Notes: generated by a model not told the origin, from the letters alone. 64,000 nucleotides of DNA from an uncultured Acidobacteriota bacterium (GCA_964430745.1 CAYSHI010000304.1:5180-69179); one strand, 5' to 3'. Positions 19,214 to 28,391 are shown, counted from the first letter of the stretch. Numbers and translations: made by a program.

Positions 19214-19229
19214 CCCTATGAGCATAGGG
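19214..19229. promoter_or_regulatory. palindrome CCCTATGagCATAGGG between UAS and promoter
   Basis: Perfect 7-bp inverted repeat 23 bp upstream of the -24 element; possible second regulator or IHF-type site. Confidence 0.3.
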
Positions 19230-19251
19230 TTTCCTTCTATCGCGGACAGCC

Positions 19252-19267
19252 TGGCATGAGGCTTGCT
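19252..19267 (+). promoter_or_regulatory. sigma54 (-24/-12) promoter TGGCATG-N4-TTGCT
   Basis: Matches TGGCACG-N4-TTGCW at all but one position; GG and GC dinucleotides correctly spaced; 45 bp upstream of the NHL-repeat gene start. Confidence 0.6.
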
Positions 19268-19311
19268 ATTAAGAGGCGCAGAAGTTCACTGCAGCCAACA
19301 AGGAGCTTCAC

Positions 19312-20376
19312 ATGCCAAGGATCATCCAGCCGGTGGTATCGCCAAGGGGGCGTATCATCGTACTTACCGGCGCGACCCTGTGGCTCATCGCCGCGATGGT
19401 GCTTTCAGCGACACCCGACGGGGTGCGCGCAAGCACCGGCGATGTAACACGCACGTTCGCGACCAACATTGTTCACTCCCTGGACGAGCTCGACGGGGCT
19501 CCCGGGATCCTCTACTACCCACGCGTCGCCACGGACGCGCTCGGGCGCGCATACGTCGCCGACGAAGGCCAGCATCACGTCGTTCGCCTGGCTGCCGACC
19601 TCCGCACAGCGGAAACCGTCTTCGGCAGGGAAGGCGCGGGCCCAGGCGAGCTTCGGATGCCCCACGACGTCGCCACCGACAGCAAAGGAAACGTCTTCGT
19701 CGCCGACCTGGAACTGAACCGCATCATCAAGTTCGCCGACGACGGCACCTTCGTGCGCCAGATTGCGGCACCGGGCGCGGCGTCCCTGCTGGTGGACTCG
19801 CAGGATCGTCTCATCGCCTACCCGGCGCCCGGAACGGCCCTCCTGCAGCGCTACGACAACGATCTCGACGAGATCGATACGCTGCTGGAGAAACCCGATC
19901 CCAAGAGATATCGGTCGTCGCTGGGCGTGCTCCTTGCCATGGGACGAGACGATCATCTCTACGTGCTCGATCAGGCAGGCCCGACGCTTTCGGTTTACGA
20001 CCGCGAGATGAACCGGGTCGACGAGTGGAATGTCGAGCCACCGCAGCTCCGCGAATCTATCGACGCCCATCTGGAGACCATGCGGAAGCGGATGCCGGAA
20101 GGCTACACCGCGCACTGGAACGGCATTCAGTCGATGGCCATCGACCCGAGCGGCCAGCTTTTGGCTTTCTTCTACCTGGTGAAGGAATCCCCCGACGTCA
20201 AATACACCCAGGTGGCCTGGTACCAGGTCGACGGTACCCGCCTGTGGGTTGAAAAACGTAGCGGAAAGGTCCTGAGCGGCGCCCTGCTGCCCGGCGGCCA
20301 TATGGTCGAAGGAAACGCGGAAGAGGTTTTCGTCCGCAAGCTTCAAACCACCCCCACGACCTCGGGCAACAACTGA
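19312..20376 (+). CDS. NHL repeat-containing beta-propeller protein, N-terminal signal/anchor
   Basis: 354 aa; N-terminal hydrophobic segment IIVLTGATLWLIAAMVL; repeated blades with ...G.VFVAD..NRI.KF... NHL-like motifs. Confidence 0.7.
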   Translation: MPRIIQPVVSPRGRIIVLTGATLWLIAAMVLSATPDGVRASTGDVTRTFATNIVHSLDELDGAPGILYYPRVATDALGRAYVADEGQHHVVRLAADLRTAETVFGREGAGPGELRMPHDVATDSKGNVFVADLELNRIIKFADDGTFVRQIAAPGAASLLVDSQDRLIAYPAPGTALLQRYDNDLDEIDTLLEKPDPKRYRSSLGVLLAMGRDDHLYVLDQAGPTLSVYDREMNRVDEWNVEPPQLRESIDAHLETMRKRMPEGYTAHWNGIQSMAIDPSGQLLAFFYLVKESPDVKYTQVAWYQVDGTRLWVEKRSGKVLSGALLPGGHMVEGNAEEVFVRKLQTTPTTSGNN

Positions 20377-20416
20377 GATGCCTCCGACGGCCCAGCGGAA
20401 CACAAGGAGACAAACG

Positions 20417-20668
20417 ATGAGAAAGCAAGGAAAGCGCAACTGGTTCGATATCGCAACGACGTTGTGGGCGATCACGCTGGTGATCGTCGCCGTCACCTGG
20501 GTCGCCACGCCGGTCTTCGCCGGCGGCGGTCCCAACTGCATCGGCGTCTGCGTGGAAGAGGGTCTCTGCGAGGATGAGGGCGGCTGCAAGACCGCCGAGT
20601 ACGAAGGTGGGCAGTGCGGCGGCGACTGCCGCGATGGCGGCGAGTGGACGTGCCCGATGGGTGTCTAG
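20417..20668 (+). CDS. small membrane-anchored/secreted cysteine-rich peptide (83 aa, 8 Cys)
   Basis: RBS aaggag 8 bp upstream; N-terminal TM/signal WAITLVIVAVTWVATPVFAGGG then Gly/Glu/Cys-rich core CIGVCVEEGLCEDEGGCKTAEYEGGQCGGDCRDGGEWTC. Confidence 0.5.
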   Translation: MRKQGKRNWFDIATTLWAITLVIVAVTWVATPVFAGGGPNCIGVCVEEGLCEDEGGCKTAEYEGGQCGGDCRDGGEWTCPMGV

Positions 20669-20770
20669 GCAAGCCTCGCGCCATCACGATTGGCTGCGGT
20701 GAATGGCGCGCGCCGGCTGGCGGGTCTTCCCCCCTTGCACCTGCCAACCGGCGCCGCGCCAACCGCTAAA

Positions 20771-20814
20771 CGCTTCGCGGCGAGCCGACGGGCTTGCCGC
20801 GAAGCGCTTTTTTG
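20771..20814 (+). terminator. intrinsic terminator (possibly bidirectional)
   Basis: 11-bp GC stem cgcttcgcggc / gccgcgaagcg, 14-nt loop, followed by TTTTTT; lies between the convergent Cys-peptide gene and the sigma54 EBP gene. Confidence 0.6.
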
Positions 20815-20881
20815 TCCAAAAAATCGGCCCGCCGCGGCGCGCGGGAGGTGAGGCGCGCCGAGGGGGCCGCTTTCTTCGTTG

Positions 20882-22501
20882 CTATTGCACCCCGTAACGA
20901 CGCAGCTTCGACTGCAGCGTCGTGCGCGGGATGTCGAGCATCCGTGCCGCTTGGCTGATGTTGCCCTTGGCCATCGACAACACCTTACGCAGGTGGGCGG
21001 CGGTGGCACCGTCGAGGCTGAGGCTCTCGCGGCCGGCGCCGTTCCCGGCCCGCGCGAACGAACTCTTCCCGACCGTGCCCGCCGGCACAATCGCCAGGTC
21101 TGCAGCCGGGTAGACATCGGTGTTCCAGCCGCTCGAGCCGTCCATCGTCCGGCCGCTGCCGTTGTTGCGCCCGTTGCTCACCGAGCGCCCGTTGCTGTTC
21201 GATCTACCACTCCTGCCTGAACGCGGGTTGCCGTCGGACGGCGTGCGTCCGTTGGGGTTCCCGCTCCCGGAGGAGTCGTTTCCGGCCGCCCGAAACGCTC
21301 CCTGAAGACCCTCGGTGGCATCGGCCTCAGGTGCGCGCGTGGGCGAAGGAAGCAGCGTCAGCCGGGCGCCCGGCGCATGGCCACGAGGCGGATCCGACAG
21401 CCCCGGAAACGGAATGGACTCGATGCGTCCGGAGCAGGCCGTCGCGGCGGCGCGCAGCACGAGGTTGCGCAACTCGCGCACGTTGCCCGGAAACGGGTAC
21501 CCCAACAAGCTTCCGAGCGCTTCAGACACGAGCTCCAGCGATTGTCCCCAACGTTCCTCGAGAACACGGACGAAGTGACGTGCCAACACAGGGATGTCGT
21601 CTAGCCTGTGGCGCAACGGTGGTACATCGATCGTCAGCGACGTCAGGCGGTAGTAGAGATCGCTGCGGAACCGGCCTGCGGCTACGTCCGCCGCGAGATC
21701 GCGGTTGGTGGCGGCGATGATGCGTACGTCGATCCGCTGCATGCGTCCCTCGTCGCCGAGTTGCTGCATCTCGCCGTATTCGAGGACACGCAACAAGGCC
21801 GCCTGCAGACCCGGTCCCATCTCGCCGATCTCGTCGAGGAACAGTGTCGCCCCATCGGCAATCTCGAAGCGTCCGCGCTGGTCGCGGACGGCGCCCGTAA
21901 AGGCGCCACGACGATGCCCGAACAGCTCGCTGGCAATGAGCTCGTCCGGCACCGCGGCGCAGTTGATGGTGCTGAGCGGCAGGTCGTTGCGAGAGCTGAC
22001 GCAGTGCACCATCTGCGCGATGAGCTCCTTGCCGACGCCGGTTTCTCCCTGGATCAGCACGGGCTCGTCCAACGCTGCATAGCGGCGTGCCAGCATCTCG
22101 ACGTGTCGAATACCCGGGCTGTGCCCGACGATGGTCTGCTGCAGACCTTCATCGCCGAGGCACCGGCGCGCTTCCCAGGTTGCCAGCATCTCGGCAACCC
22201 GCGCAGCATGCTCGTGCGCCGATCCGTTGACGGGCTCGGCCGCCTCCAGACCGACAGTGCCGCATACGCGTCCGGCAAGATCGACCGGAACCTCTACGCC
22301 ATACGGGTACCGGGACGCCGCGGGATCTCCGGCCGCCTCGACGGTGTGGGCCTGGAGCTTCGCCCAGGCTCGTCGGGCGCCGGGGGCGGTGAGACAATCG
22401 CTCGCCGCCGCATGAAGTGCCGCCTCGCGATCCGCATCCTGCGGAGGACGGCATAGGAACTCCAACAGTCCAGACTCGGCCAGGTTACCGGCCTGCATCA
22501 T
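20882..22501 (-). CDS. sigma54-dependent transcriptional activator (EBP) with N-terminal sensory domain and long low-complexity linker
   Basis: AAA+ sigma54 activator motifs GETGVGKE, GAFTGA, ESELFGH..GAFTGA; C-terminal Fis-type HTH; a linker of roughly 110 aa rich in S/G/N/R with NGRS repeats. Confidence 0.9.
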   Translation of the reverse strand: MMQAGNLAESGLLEFLCRPPQDADREAALHAAASDCLTAPGARRAWAKLQAHTVEAAGDPAASRYPYGVEVPVDLAGRVCGTVGLEAAEPVNGSAHEHAARVAEMLATWEARRCLGDEGLQQTIVGHSPGIRHVEMLARRYAALDEPVLIQGETGVGKELIAQMVHCVSSRNDLPLSTINCAAVPDELIASELFGHRRGAFTGAVRDQRGRFEIADGATLFLDEIGEMGPGLQAALLRVLEYGEMQQLGDEGRMQRIDVRIIAATNRDLAADVAAGRFRSDLYYRLTSLTIDVPPLRHRLDDIPVLARHFVRVLEERWGQSLELVSEALGSLLGYPFPGNVRELRNLVLRAAATACSGRIESIPFPGLSDPPRGHAPGARLTLLPSPTRAPEADATEGLQGAFRAAGNDSSGSGNPNGRTPSDGNPRSGRSGRSNSNGRSVSNGRNNGSGRTMDGSSGWNTDVYPAADLAIVPAGTVGKSSFARAGNGAGRESLSLDGATAAHLRKVLSMAKGNISQAARMLDIPRTTLQSKLRRYGVQ

Positions 22502-22784
22502 GACTCACCTCCCCTTGCTTGTGCCTCCCCCGTCGTTAGGGTCAGATGCACCCCTACATTACATAACGGTCGGGGTGCCTCCCCTTACGACCGCATCTGC
22601 ATCTGACCGGCATTTTGGCTGCGGTAGGCTGCGGTGATCAGTGCTGATGCGTTCAAGACAGTGCACCAAAAAATGACACATTGCCAGCCCCCCACGGAGG
22701 TTCAAGGGCTACAATCGGCGCGACATTCATCACCATGCAAAACAGTGCCCGCGAACTCGCTATCGTTTGCGATCGGAGAGAGCG

Positions 22785-23396
22785 ATGCCTACCCGTCCAT
22801 TGCCGGCCGGCCTAGTGCTCATGGCTTCCGTCACGTTGCTCGTTCCCGCTGCCGCGACGGCGGGGCCGGAGTTGACGTTTTCGATCGGCGCGATCATCGG
22901 CGACTCGCTCACGGACGTCCTCCAGGTGCGCCCCGAGAACCTCACGGAGGGATTCCAGAACGCTCCGTTCTTCGCCGGACGCGTGGGCTGGAGCGCCTTC
23001 CCCTTCGCTATCGAGGGGACCTTGGCCTATAGCCCCAGTGCGGTGAACATTGCCGGCGTGGGCAGTCTCGACGCGAACCTCGTCTACGCCGAAGCGGAGC
23101 TGCAGATCCTCATCTTGCCGGGGCCGATCGCTCCGTTCGTGGGCGGCGGAATCGGCATCCACTCGATCGATATCCGCTCGCTCATCGTGCCGCGCGAAAC
23201 CGTCGTCGGCTACACCCTCGGCGGCGGACTCAAAGCAGCGTTCGGCTCACTCGGTCTGCGCGTGGACCTGCGCGACCACATCACGCCCCTGAAGGTCGCC
23301 GACCTTAGCGACGAGTTCCTCACCGTGATCGGCATCGTCAACAACACGACGATCCACAATGTGGAGTTGTCCGGAGGGATCACCATCCGCTTTTGA
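22785..23396 (+). CDS. outer-membrane beta-barrel protein (OmpA/OmpW-like porin family)
   Basis: Signal peptide ending AAATAG; alternating amphipathic strands; C-terminal ...GITIRF with terminal Phe typical of OMPs. Confidence 0.6.
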   Translation: MPTRPLPAGLVLMASVTLLVPAAATAGPELTFSIGAIIGDSLTDVLQVRPENLTEGFQNAPFFAGRVGWSAFPFAIEGTLAYSPSAVNIAGVGSLDANLVYAEAELQILILPGPIAPFVGGGIGIHSIDIRSLIVPRETVVGYTLGGGLKAAFGSLGLRVDLRDHITPLKVADLSDEFLTVIGIVNNTTIHNVELSGGITIRF

Positions 23397-23401
23397 AGTA
23401 G

Positions 23402-23520
23402 GCGAGCGCGGAGAGGGGCGATGGCTGCGTTGCGCTTGTTTCGATCGCTTCCGCGTACTGATGTACGCGTCCGCTCACGAAGACGGCGCGCGCCTTGCCC
23501 TCGCCCCTCTCCGCGCCCGC
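23402..23520. repeat. 20-bp inverted repeat (19/20) separated by 79 bp between convergent genes
   Basis: gcgagcgcggagaggggcga ... tcgcccctctccgcgcccgc; the spacer holds a further hairpin cgcgtactgatgtacgcg; probable structured terminator region. Confidence 0.4.
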
Positions 23521-23590
23521 TGCAGGTTTCTGTCGGGTTGCGGGGGCACCTCGGGTGCTCCCGCGCCTCGGCCGGCTGCTTCCACCGGCG

Positions 23591-24610
23591 CTAACGGAGA
23601 TTCTGGCGGAAGAAGCGGACTACCAGGAAGGCGTCGATGAGATAGAAGGGGGGGCGGCCCAGGGTGTAGTGGCCGCACGGGAGGATGGCCCGGCGGAAAC
23701 CGACCTCGGCGTCGCGCAGGGAATCGGCGAGGGCCTGCGCGTGCTGCGGAAGGAAGATCGGGTCGTAGGCTCCGGAGACCAGAAGCAGGGCGGGCTGCCG
23801 GTCGTACAGGCGGTCGGTGAAATGAGCCGGAGAGATCGGTGCCCAGCAGCGTCGCAGGGTCTCCAGGTCGATGTGCCCGTCGAGGCTCTCGCGGACGTGC
23901 CGCGTCGCCAGACCCTCCCACACGACATCGGCGAAGTACCCGGCGACATGATTGAATGCGGCGGCGTCGATCCCTTCCTCGTGTGTGAGGGCGAGGAAGC
24001 CGACACAGGATCCGAGGCTCGTGCCCATCAGGCCGATGCGCCGGTATCCCTGCGCCCGCAGCCAGGCCACCGCGAGGCGAACTTCAACCACCGCCCGCCG
24101 TACCTCCTGTAATGTCAATCCCAGCACCGGGCTGACCATGGCGTCCGCTCGCACCATACGCGGGGGGCGGCGATCCTCGTGGTAGGGCAGCGTCATTCGC
24201 AAGGCATCGAAACCGAATCGGCTGAGAATTCGGCACGCGCCCACCATCGAGTCTTCGTCGGCATTCCACTGCGGGATCACGACAATGGCGCGGCCGTCCG
24301 CGTCCGCGGCCTCGAACATGCGCGCCGACGCCCGCCGCACTTCGGGATCCTCGCTCGGAAGCGGAGAGTCGAAGGTGAGCCGGTGGCCGTCGAAGACCGC
24401 GCCCGACATCGCGCCGATCCGGTAAAAGTCGGTACTCGCGCGGCGCATCTCGGCCGCCATATCTGCCAGCTCCGAGCCGTCCGACACGCGCTGCGGATCG
24501 ACGAGGCCCGCGAGATGATCGACGCCCAGTCCGAATTCCTGGGATCGCCGATCGTCCGCGTGATCGTCGAAGATCGAACGCTCCCATCGGTGAAAGAAAC
24601 GACGCAGCAT
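23591..24610 (-). CDS. alpha/beta-fold hydrolase (esterase/lipase-like)
   Basis: 339 aa; nucleophile elbow GTSLGS (GxSxG); remainder consistent with an a/b hydrolase fold. Confidence 0.75.
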   Translation of the reverse strand: MLRRFFHRWERSIFDDHADDRRSQEFGLGVDHLAGLVDPQRVSDGSELADMAAEMRRASTDFYRIGAMSGAVFDGHRLTFDSPLPSEDPEVRRASARMFEAADADGRAIVVIPQWNADEDSMVGACRILSRFGFDALRMTLPYHEDRRPPRMVRADAMVSPVLGLTLQEVRRAVVEVRLAVAWLRAQGYRRIGLMGTSLGSCVGFLALTHEEGIDAAAFNHVAGYFADVVWEGLATRHVRESLDGHIDLETLRRCWAPISPAHFTDRLYDRQPALLLVSGAYDPIFLPQHAQALADSLRDAEVGFRRAILPCGHYTLGRPPFYLIDAFLVVRFFRQNLR

Positions 24611-24738
24611 GGCCCGCCGATGCTAGCAGGGCGCCGAAGCCGCGCCGACAAGGTGGCAATAACGGCCCGCGCTCGGTAGATTGCCGGCGGGCACTTACGT
24701 CGCCGGACAAGGGAGAGTTCGTCATTTCCGCATCGCCC

Positions 24739-26187
24739 CTGCCGCTACGGCGGACGAAAATCGTCTGTACGCTCGGCCCCGCCACGGAGAGCTTCGAGCA
24801 GATTCGCGCCCTGTTCGAGGCGGGCATGGACGTTGCCCGCCTGAACTTCTCGCACGGCACCATCGAGTGGCACCGTGAGCGGGCCCGCATGCTTCGGGCA
24901 ATCTCCGAGGATGCCGGACGGCCGATCGGCATTCTCCAGGACCTGCCGGGACCCAAGATCCGCGTCGGCGAGTTTCCCAAGGGTCCGGTGAAGCTCAAGG
25001 CGGGGAACACGTTCATCCTCAGCACCGACCCGGTCGACGGCAACAAGCGACGCGCCTCGATCAACCATCCCGAGCTCGCTGAGCAGGTACAGCCCGGCGA
25101 CCCGATCCTTCTGTCCGACGGCAACATCCAGATGACGGTGGAGTCGATCGACGAGCGCGGCATCGTCTGCAAGGTCACGGTGGGCGGCAGGCTCGGTCCG
25201 CACAAAGGCGTGAACCTGCCCACCCGCTCGCTCTCGATCCCGGCGATGACCGCCTACGACTACGAAGCTCTCGCCGCCGGTCTCGACATGGGCGTCGACT
25301 TCGTTGCCATGTCCTTCGTTCGCACCCGCGACGATGTCGAGCTGGCCCGCCAGGCGATGCGTGATCACGGCCGCGAGATTCCCATCATCGCCAAGATCGA
25401 AAAACACGAGGCGGTGGCCAATCTCGACGACATCATCGGCGCCGTCGACGGCGTCATGGTGGCGCGTGGCGACCTGGCGGTCGACATCCCGCTCTGGGAC
25501 GTACCGCAAGTGCAGAAACGAGTCATCGCGACGGCCAACAACGCAGCCAAGCCCGTGATCACGGCAACGCAGATGTTGCTGTCGATGGTCGACTCGCCAC
25601 GACCTGCCCGCGCCGAGACCAGCGACGTCGCCAACGCCCTGTACGACGGCACCGACGCCGTCATGCTCTCGGAGGAAACGGCCATAGGCCATCACGCCGT
25701 CGAGGCGGTCGACGTGATGGCGAAGATCTGTATCGCCACCGAGCGCGAGCGCTACAAGCCGGGCACTTTCAACAGCCTGCCGGAGCACCGCCGGCACCTC
25801 GTCCCGGACACGGTTGCCGCGGCTGCGTGCATGGTTGCCCGGCTCCTGCAGGCAACGGCACTGGTCGTCCCGACCCGGACCGGAAGCTCGGCGATAAAGA
25901 TCGCCGCCTGCAGGCCCACCCAGCCCATCGTCGCCATCGGAACCCACATCGAAGCGGTCAGTCGAATGACGCTGATCTGGGGAGTGATACCCATCTACGG
26001 TGAGGAGCTATTGACCCACGAGTCGATGCTCATGGAGGTCGAGCGGCGCGGCGAAGCAGCCGGCCTGCTCCACGACGGCGACCTCCTCGTGGTCACCGCG
26101 GGATTTCCGGTGGGTGGGCCCGGCAGCACCAACACGGTTACCGTCAAGACCGTGGGCGAACAGTTGATCACGATCGGCTCGGAATGA
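24739..26187 (+). CDS. pyk: pyruvate kinase
   Basis: Canonical N-terminus RRTKIVCTLGP then LNFSHG, MVARGDLAV. There is no ATG/GTG/TTG in frame upstream of MDVAR (24826). Best candidate start is CTG at 24739 giving (M)PLRRTKIV. Confidence 0.8.
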   Translation: MPLRRTKIVCTLGPATESFEQIRALFEAGMDVARLNFSHGTIEWHRERARMLRAISEDAGRPIGILQDLPGPKIRVGEFPKGPVKLKAGNTFILSTDPVDGNKRRASINHPELAEQVQPGDPILLSDGNIQMTVESIDERGIVCKVTVGGRLGPHKGVNLPTRSLSIPAMTAYDYEALAAGLDMGVDFVAMSFVRTRDDVELARQAMRDHGREIPIIAKIEKHEAVANLDDIIGAVDGVMVARGDLAVDIPLWDVPQVQKRVIATANNAAKPVITATQMLLSMVDSPRPARAETSDVANALYDGTDAVMLSEETAIGHHAVEAVDVMAKICIATERERYKPGTFNSLPEHRRHLVPDTVAAAACMVARLLQATALVVPTRTGSSAIKIAACRPTQPIVAIGTHIEAVSRMTLIWGVIPIYGEELLTHESMLMEVERRGEAAGLLHDGDLLVVTAGFPVGGPGSTNTVTVKTVGEQLITIGSE

Positions 26188-26291
26188 CGATGAGCTATTC
26201 CGCCATCGGCGCGAGGCGGTCCGAATCCGCGCGGACACACCTGGCGCCCACCACGGCCCGGTGGCACTGTTAGCCCCTCAACGGAGGCAGC

Positions 26292-27491
26292 TTGAACGAT
26301 TCTTCTCGCGGCATCGAACATACGCACCGTCGCCTGTCCACGCGGGTGGAGTGTTTCACCGAATCCGTGATTCGGGAGATGACGCGAAAGGCCATGGTGC
26401 ACGACGCCATCAACCTGGCGCAGGGGTTCCCCGACTTCCCAGCCCCGTCGGCGATCAAACAAGCGGCGATCGACGCGGTGAATGCGGACGTCAATCAATA
26501 CGCCATCACCTGGGGGGCCAAGAGCATCCGTGATGCGATCGCCGCGAAGTTCGGCGCCGACGCCTCGCTGGAGATCGACCCCGAACGCGAGCTCACCGTC
26601 ACCTGCGGGGCGACCGAAGCGATGATCGCCACCCTCCTCGCACTCATCAATCCGGGAGACGAGGTCGTCGTCTTCGAGCCGTTCTACGAGAACTATGGTC
26701 CAGACTCGATCCTCTCCGGGGCGAGCGTGCGCTACGTCCCACTGCGGGCGCCGGATTGGGAGATGGACCCCGCCGAGCTCGAGTCCGCCTTCAACGAGAA
26801 AACAAAAGCGGTCATCATCAACACGCCGAACAACCCCACGGGCAAGGTGTTCTCGGACGAGGAGCTTGAAGCCATCGCCCGCCTGTGCCGCCGATTCGAC
26901 GTCATCGCCATCACGGACGAGATCTACGAACACATCATCTATGGCGAGCCCGATGCGCCGCTGCAACACCGCTCGATGATCACGTTCGACGGCATGCGCG
27001 ACCGCACCGTCGTTATCAACGGTATGTCCAAGACCTATTCGGTGACCGGCTGGCGCGTGGGCTGGACGATCGCCGAACCGGGGATCACGGACGCCATCCG
27101 TAAGGTCCACGACTTCCTGACGGTCGGCGCCGCGGCGCCGCTTCAGGAAGCAGGCGTCGTCGCCCTCCGCCAACCCGCTGCCTATTATGATGAGCTCCGC
27201 GATGGATACCGGGCCCGGCGGGACCTACTGTGCGAGGCGCTGGAGCGCGCCGGTTTCGGCTTCACCGTGCCGCGGGGCGCCTATTACGTGATGACGGACA
27301 TCAGCTCCTTCGGCTACTCGGACGACCTTGCATTCTCCCGGTTTCTCGTGGAGAAGGTGGGCATTGCCGTCGTTCCGGGCTCCTCTTTCTACAACGCCCC
27401 GGAGCGCGGATCGCAGCAGGTGCGCTTCGCCTTCTGCAAGCGGAGAGAAACGCTCAGGGCTGCAGCCCAACGCCTCGAAAAACTTCGATAA
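26292..27491 (+). CDS. PLP-dependent class I aminotransferase (kynurenine/methionine aminotransferase-like)
   Basis: 399 aa, TTG start; NPTG motif INTPNNPTGKV; PLP lysine region NGMSKTYSVTGWRVGW. Confidence 0.85.
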   Translation: MNDSSRGIEHTHRRLSTRVECFTESVIREMTRKAMVHDAINLAQGFPDFPAPSAIKQAAIDAVNADVNQYAITWGAKSIRDAIAAKFGADASLEIDPERELTVTCGATEAMIATLLALINPGDEVVVFEPFYENYGPDSILSGASVRYVPLRAPDWEMDPAELESAFNEKTKAVIINTPNNPTGKVFSDEELEAIARLCRRFDVIAITDEIYEHIIYGEPDAPLQHRSMITFDGMRDRTVVINGMSKTYSVTGWRVGWTIAEPGITDAIRKVHDFLTVGAAAPLQEAGVVALRQPAAYYDELRDGYRARRDLLCEALERAGFGFTVPRGAYYVMTDISSFGYSDDLAFSRFLVEKVGIAVVPGSSFYNAPERGSQQVRFAFCKRRETLRAAAQRLEKLR

Positions 27492-27507
27492 CCCGGGAGT
27501 CGCTCAC

Positions 27508-27903
27508 ATGGCAGTACTCAAGCAAATCACCGTCTTTCTGGAGAATGTTCCCGGCCGTCTGGCGACGCTGTGCAATACCCTCGAGGAGCGCGGGGTGAAC
27601 CTGCAAGCGATGACCACTTCCGAAGCTTCGGAGTACGGCGTCGTGCGCATGATCGTCGATGACGTCGACACCGCCACCGATGCCCTACGACACGTCGACC
27701 TGCCGTTCTCGACCGTCGATGTGCTCGGCATCGAAGTCACCGACGAGCCCGGTGCGCTCGGCAAGGTCGCCGTCCGCCTCGCCGGCGCCGGATTGAACGT
27801 GGATTACGCCTACGTGACCGTAGCCAGCAAATCGGGCAACGCTCTGTGCGTCTTCAAGGTGCCCGACCCGCAACGGGCCGAGGAGATGCTGGCCGAAGGC
27901 TGA
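27508..27903 (+). CDS. ACT domain-containing protein
   Basis: 131 aa; two ACT-like bab units (ITVFLENVPGRLATL...; LGIEVTDEPGALGKVA). Confidence 0.65.
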   Translation: MAVLKQITVFLENVPGRLATLCNTLEERGVNLQAMTTSEASEYGVVRMIVDDVDTATDALRHVDLPFSTVDVLGIEVTDEPGALGKVAVRLAGAGLNVDYAYVTVASKSGNALCVFKVPDPQRAEEMLAEG

Positions 27904-27965
27904 TCGCCGGCGCCGGACGGCTCCCCGGCCGCGAGCTCGGGAAGCCCGGCAGCAACAGGTGCACC

Positions 27966-28391
27966 ATGGTCCCCCACCCGATTATCGTCGATTTCGCGGT
28001 CGCGCTGTTGGTTACCTCGGTTGCGTTCGACCTCCTCGCGTCGATCGTCGAGGAGCGCGACCTACGCGTGGTGTCCTGGTGGACCCTCATGATCGGCACC
28101 GTCGCCGCCGCCCTATCGGTCGTATCCGGCTACGTGGCCGCCAACCTGGCCGGCGACGAGGCCCGCGTGGTCGAGACGGTTACCCTGCATCGCAACCTGG
28201 GAATCACCACTTTGGCTTGCTTCTCGAGTTGTGCGCTCTGGCGGATCCGCCACCCCGGGACCTTTCCGCGGCGTTACCGTGACGCCTACTGGGCATTGAC
28301 GGCCATCGGCATGGCTGCACTGGTGGTTACCGCCTACTTCGGCGGAATCCTCGTCTTCCGCCTGGGGGTCGGCTACCTGCCGCCATCCTGA
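27966..28391 (+). CDS. DUF2231-family integral membrane protein
   Basis: 141 aa, 4 predicted TM helices; N-terminal HPIIVDFAVAL matches the HP..VHFP.AL start typical of DUF2231. Confidence 0.55.
   Translation: MVPHPIIVDFAVALLVTSVAFDLLASIVEERDLRVVSWWTLMIGTVAAALSVVSGYVAANLAGDEARVVETVTLHRNLGITTLACFSSCALWRIRHPGTFPRRYRDAYWALTAIGMAALVVTAYFGGILVFRLGVGYLPPS

Noticed and set aside
20378-20416. Upstream ATG (20378) for the Cys-rich peptide giving a 96-aa product
   Set aside because: A strong RBS precedes the ATG at 20417. The extra 13 aa (MPPTAQRNTRRQT) are polar junk preceding a perfect signal-like N-terminus
22560-22785. Possible sigma54 or sigma70 promoter upstream of the OMP gene (TTGGCTgcggtaGGCTG; TTCAAG...TACAAT)
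   Set aside because: Spacing between GG and GC is wrong for sigma54, and the sigma70-like hexamers are too close together. There is not enough support to call either
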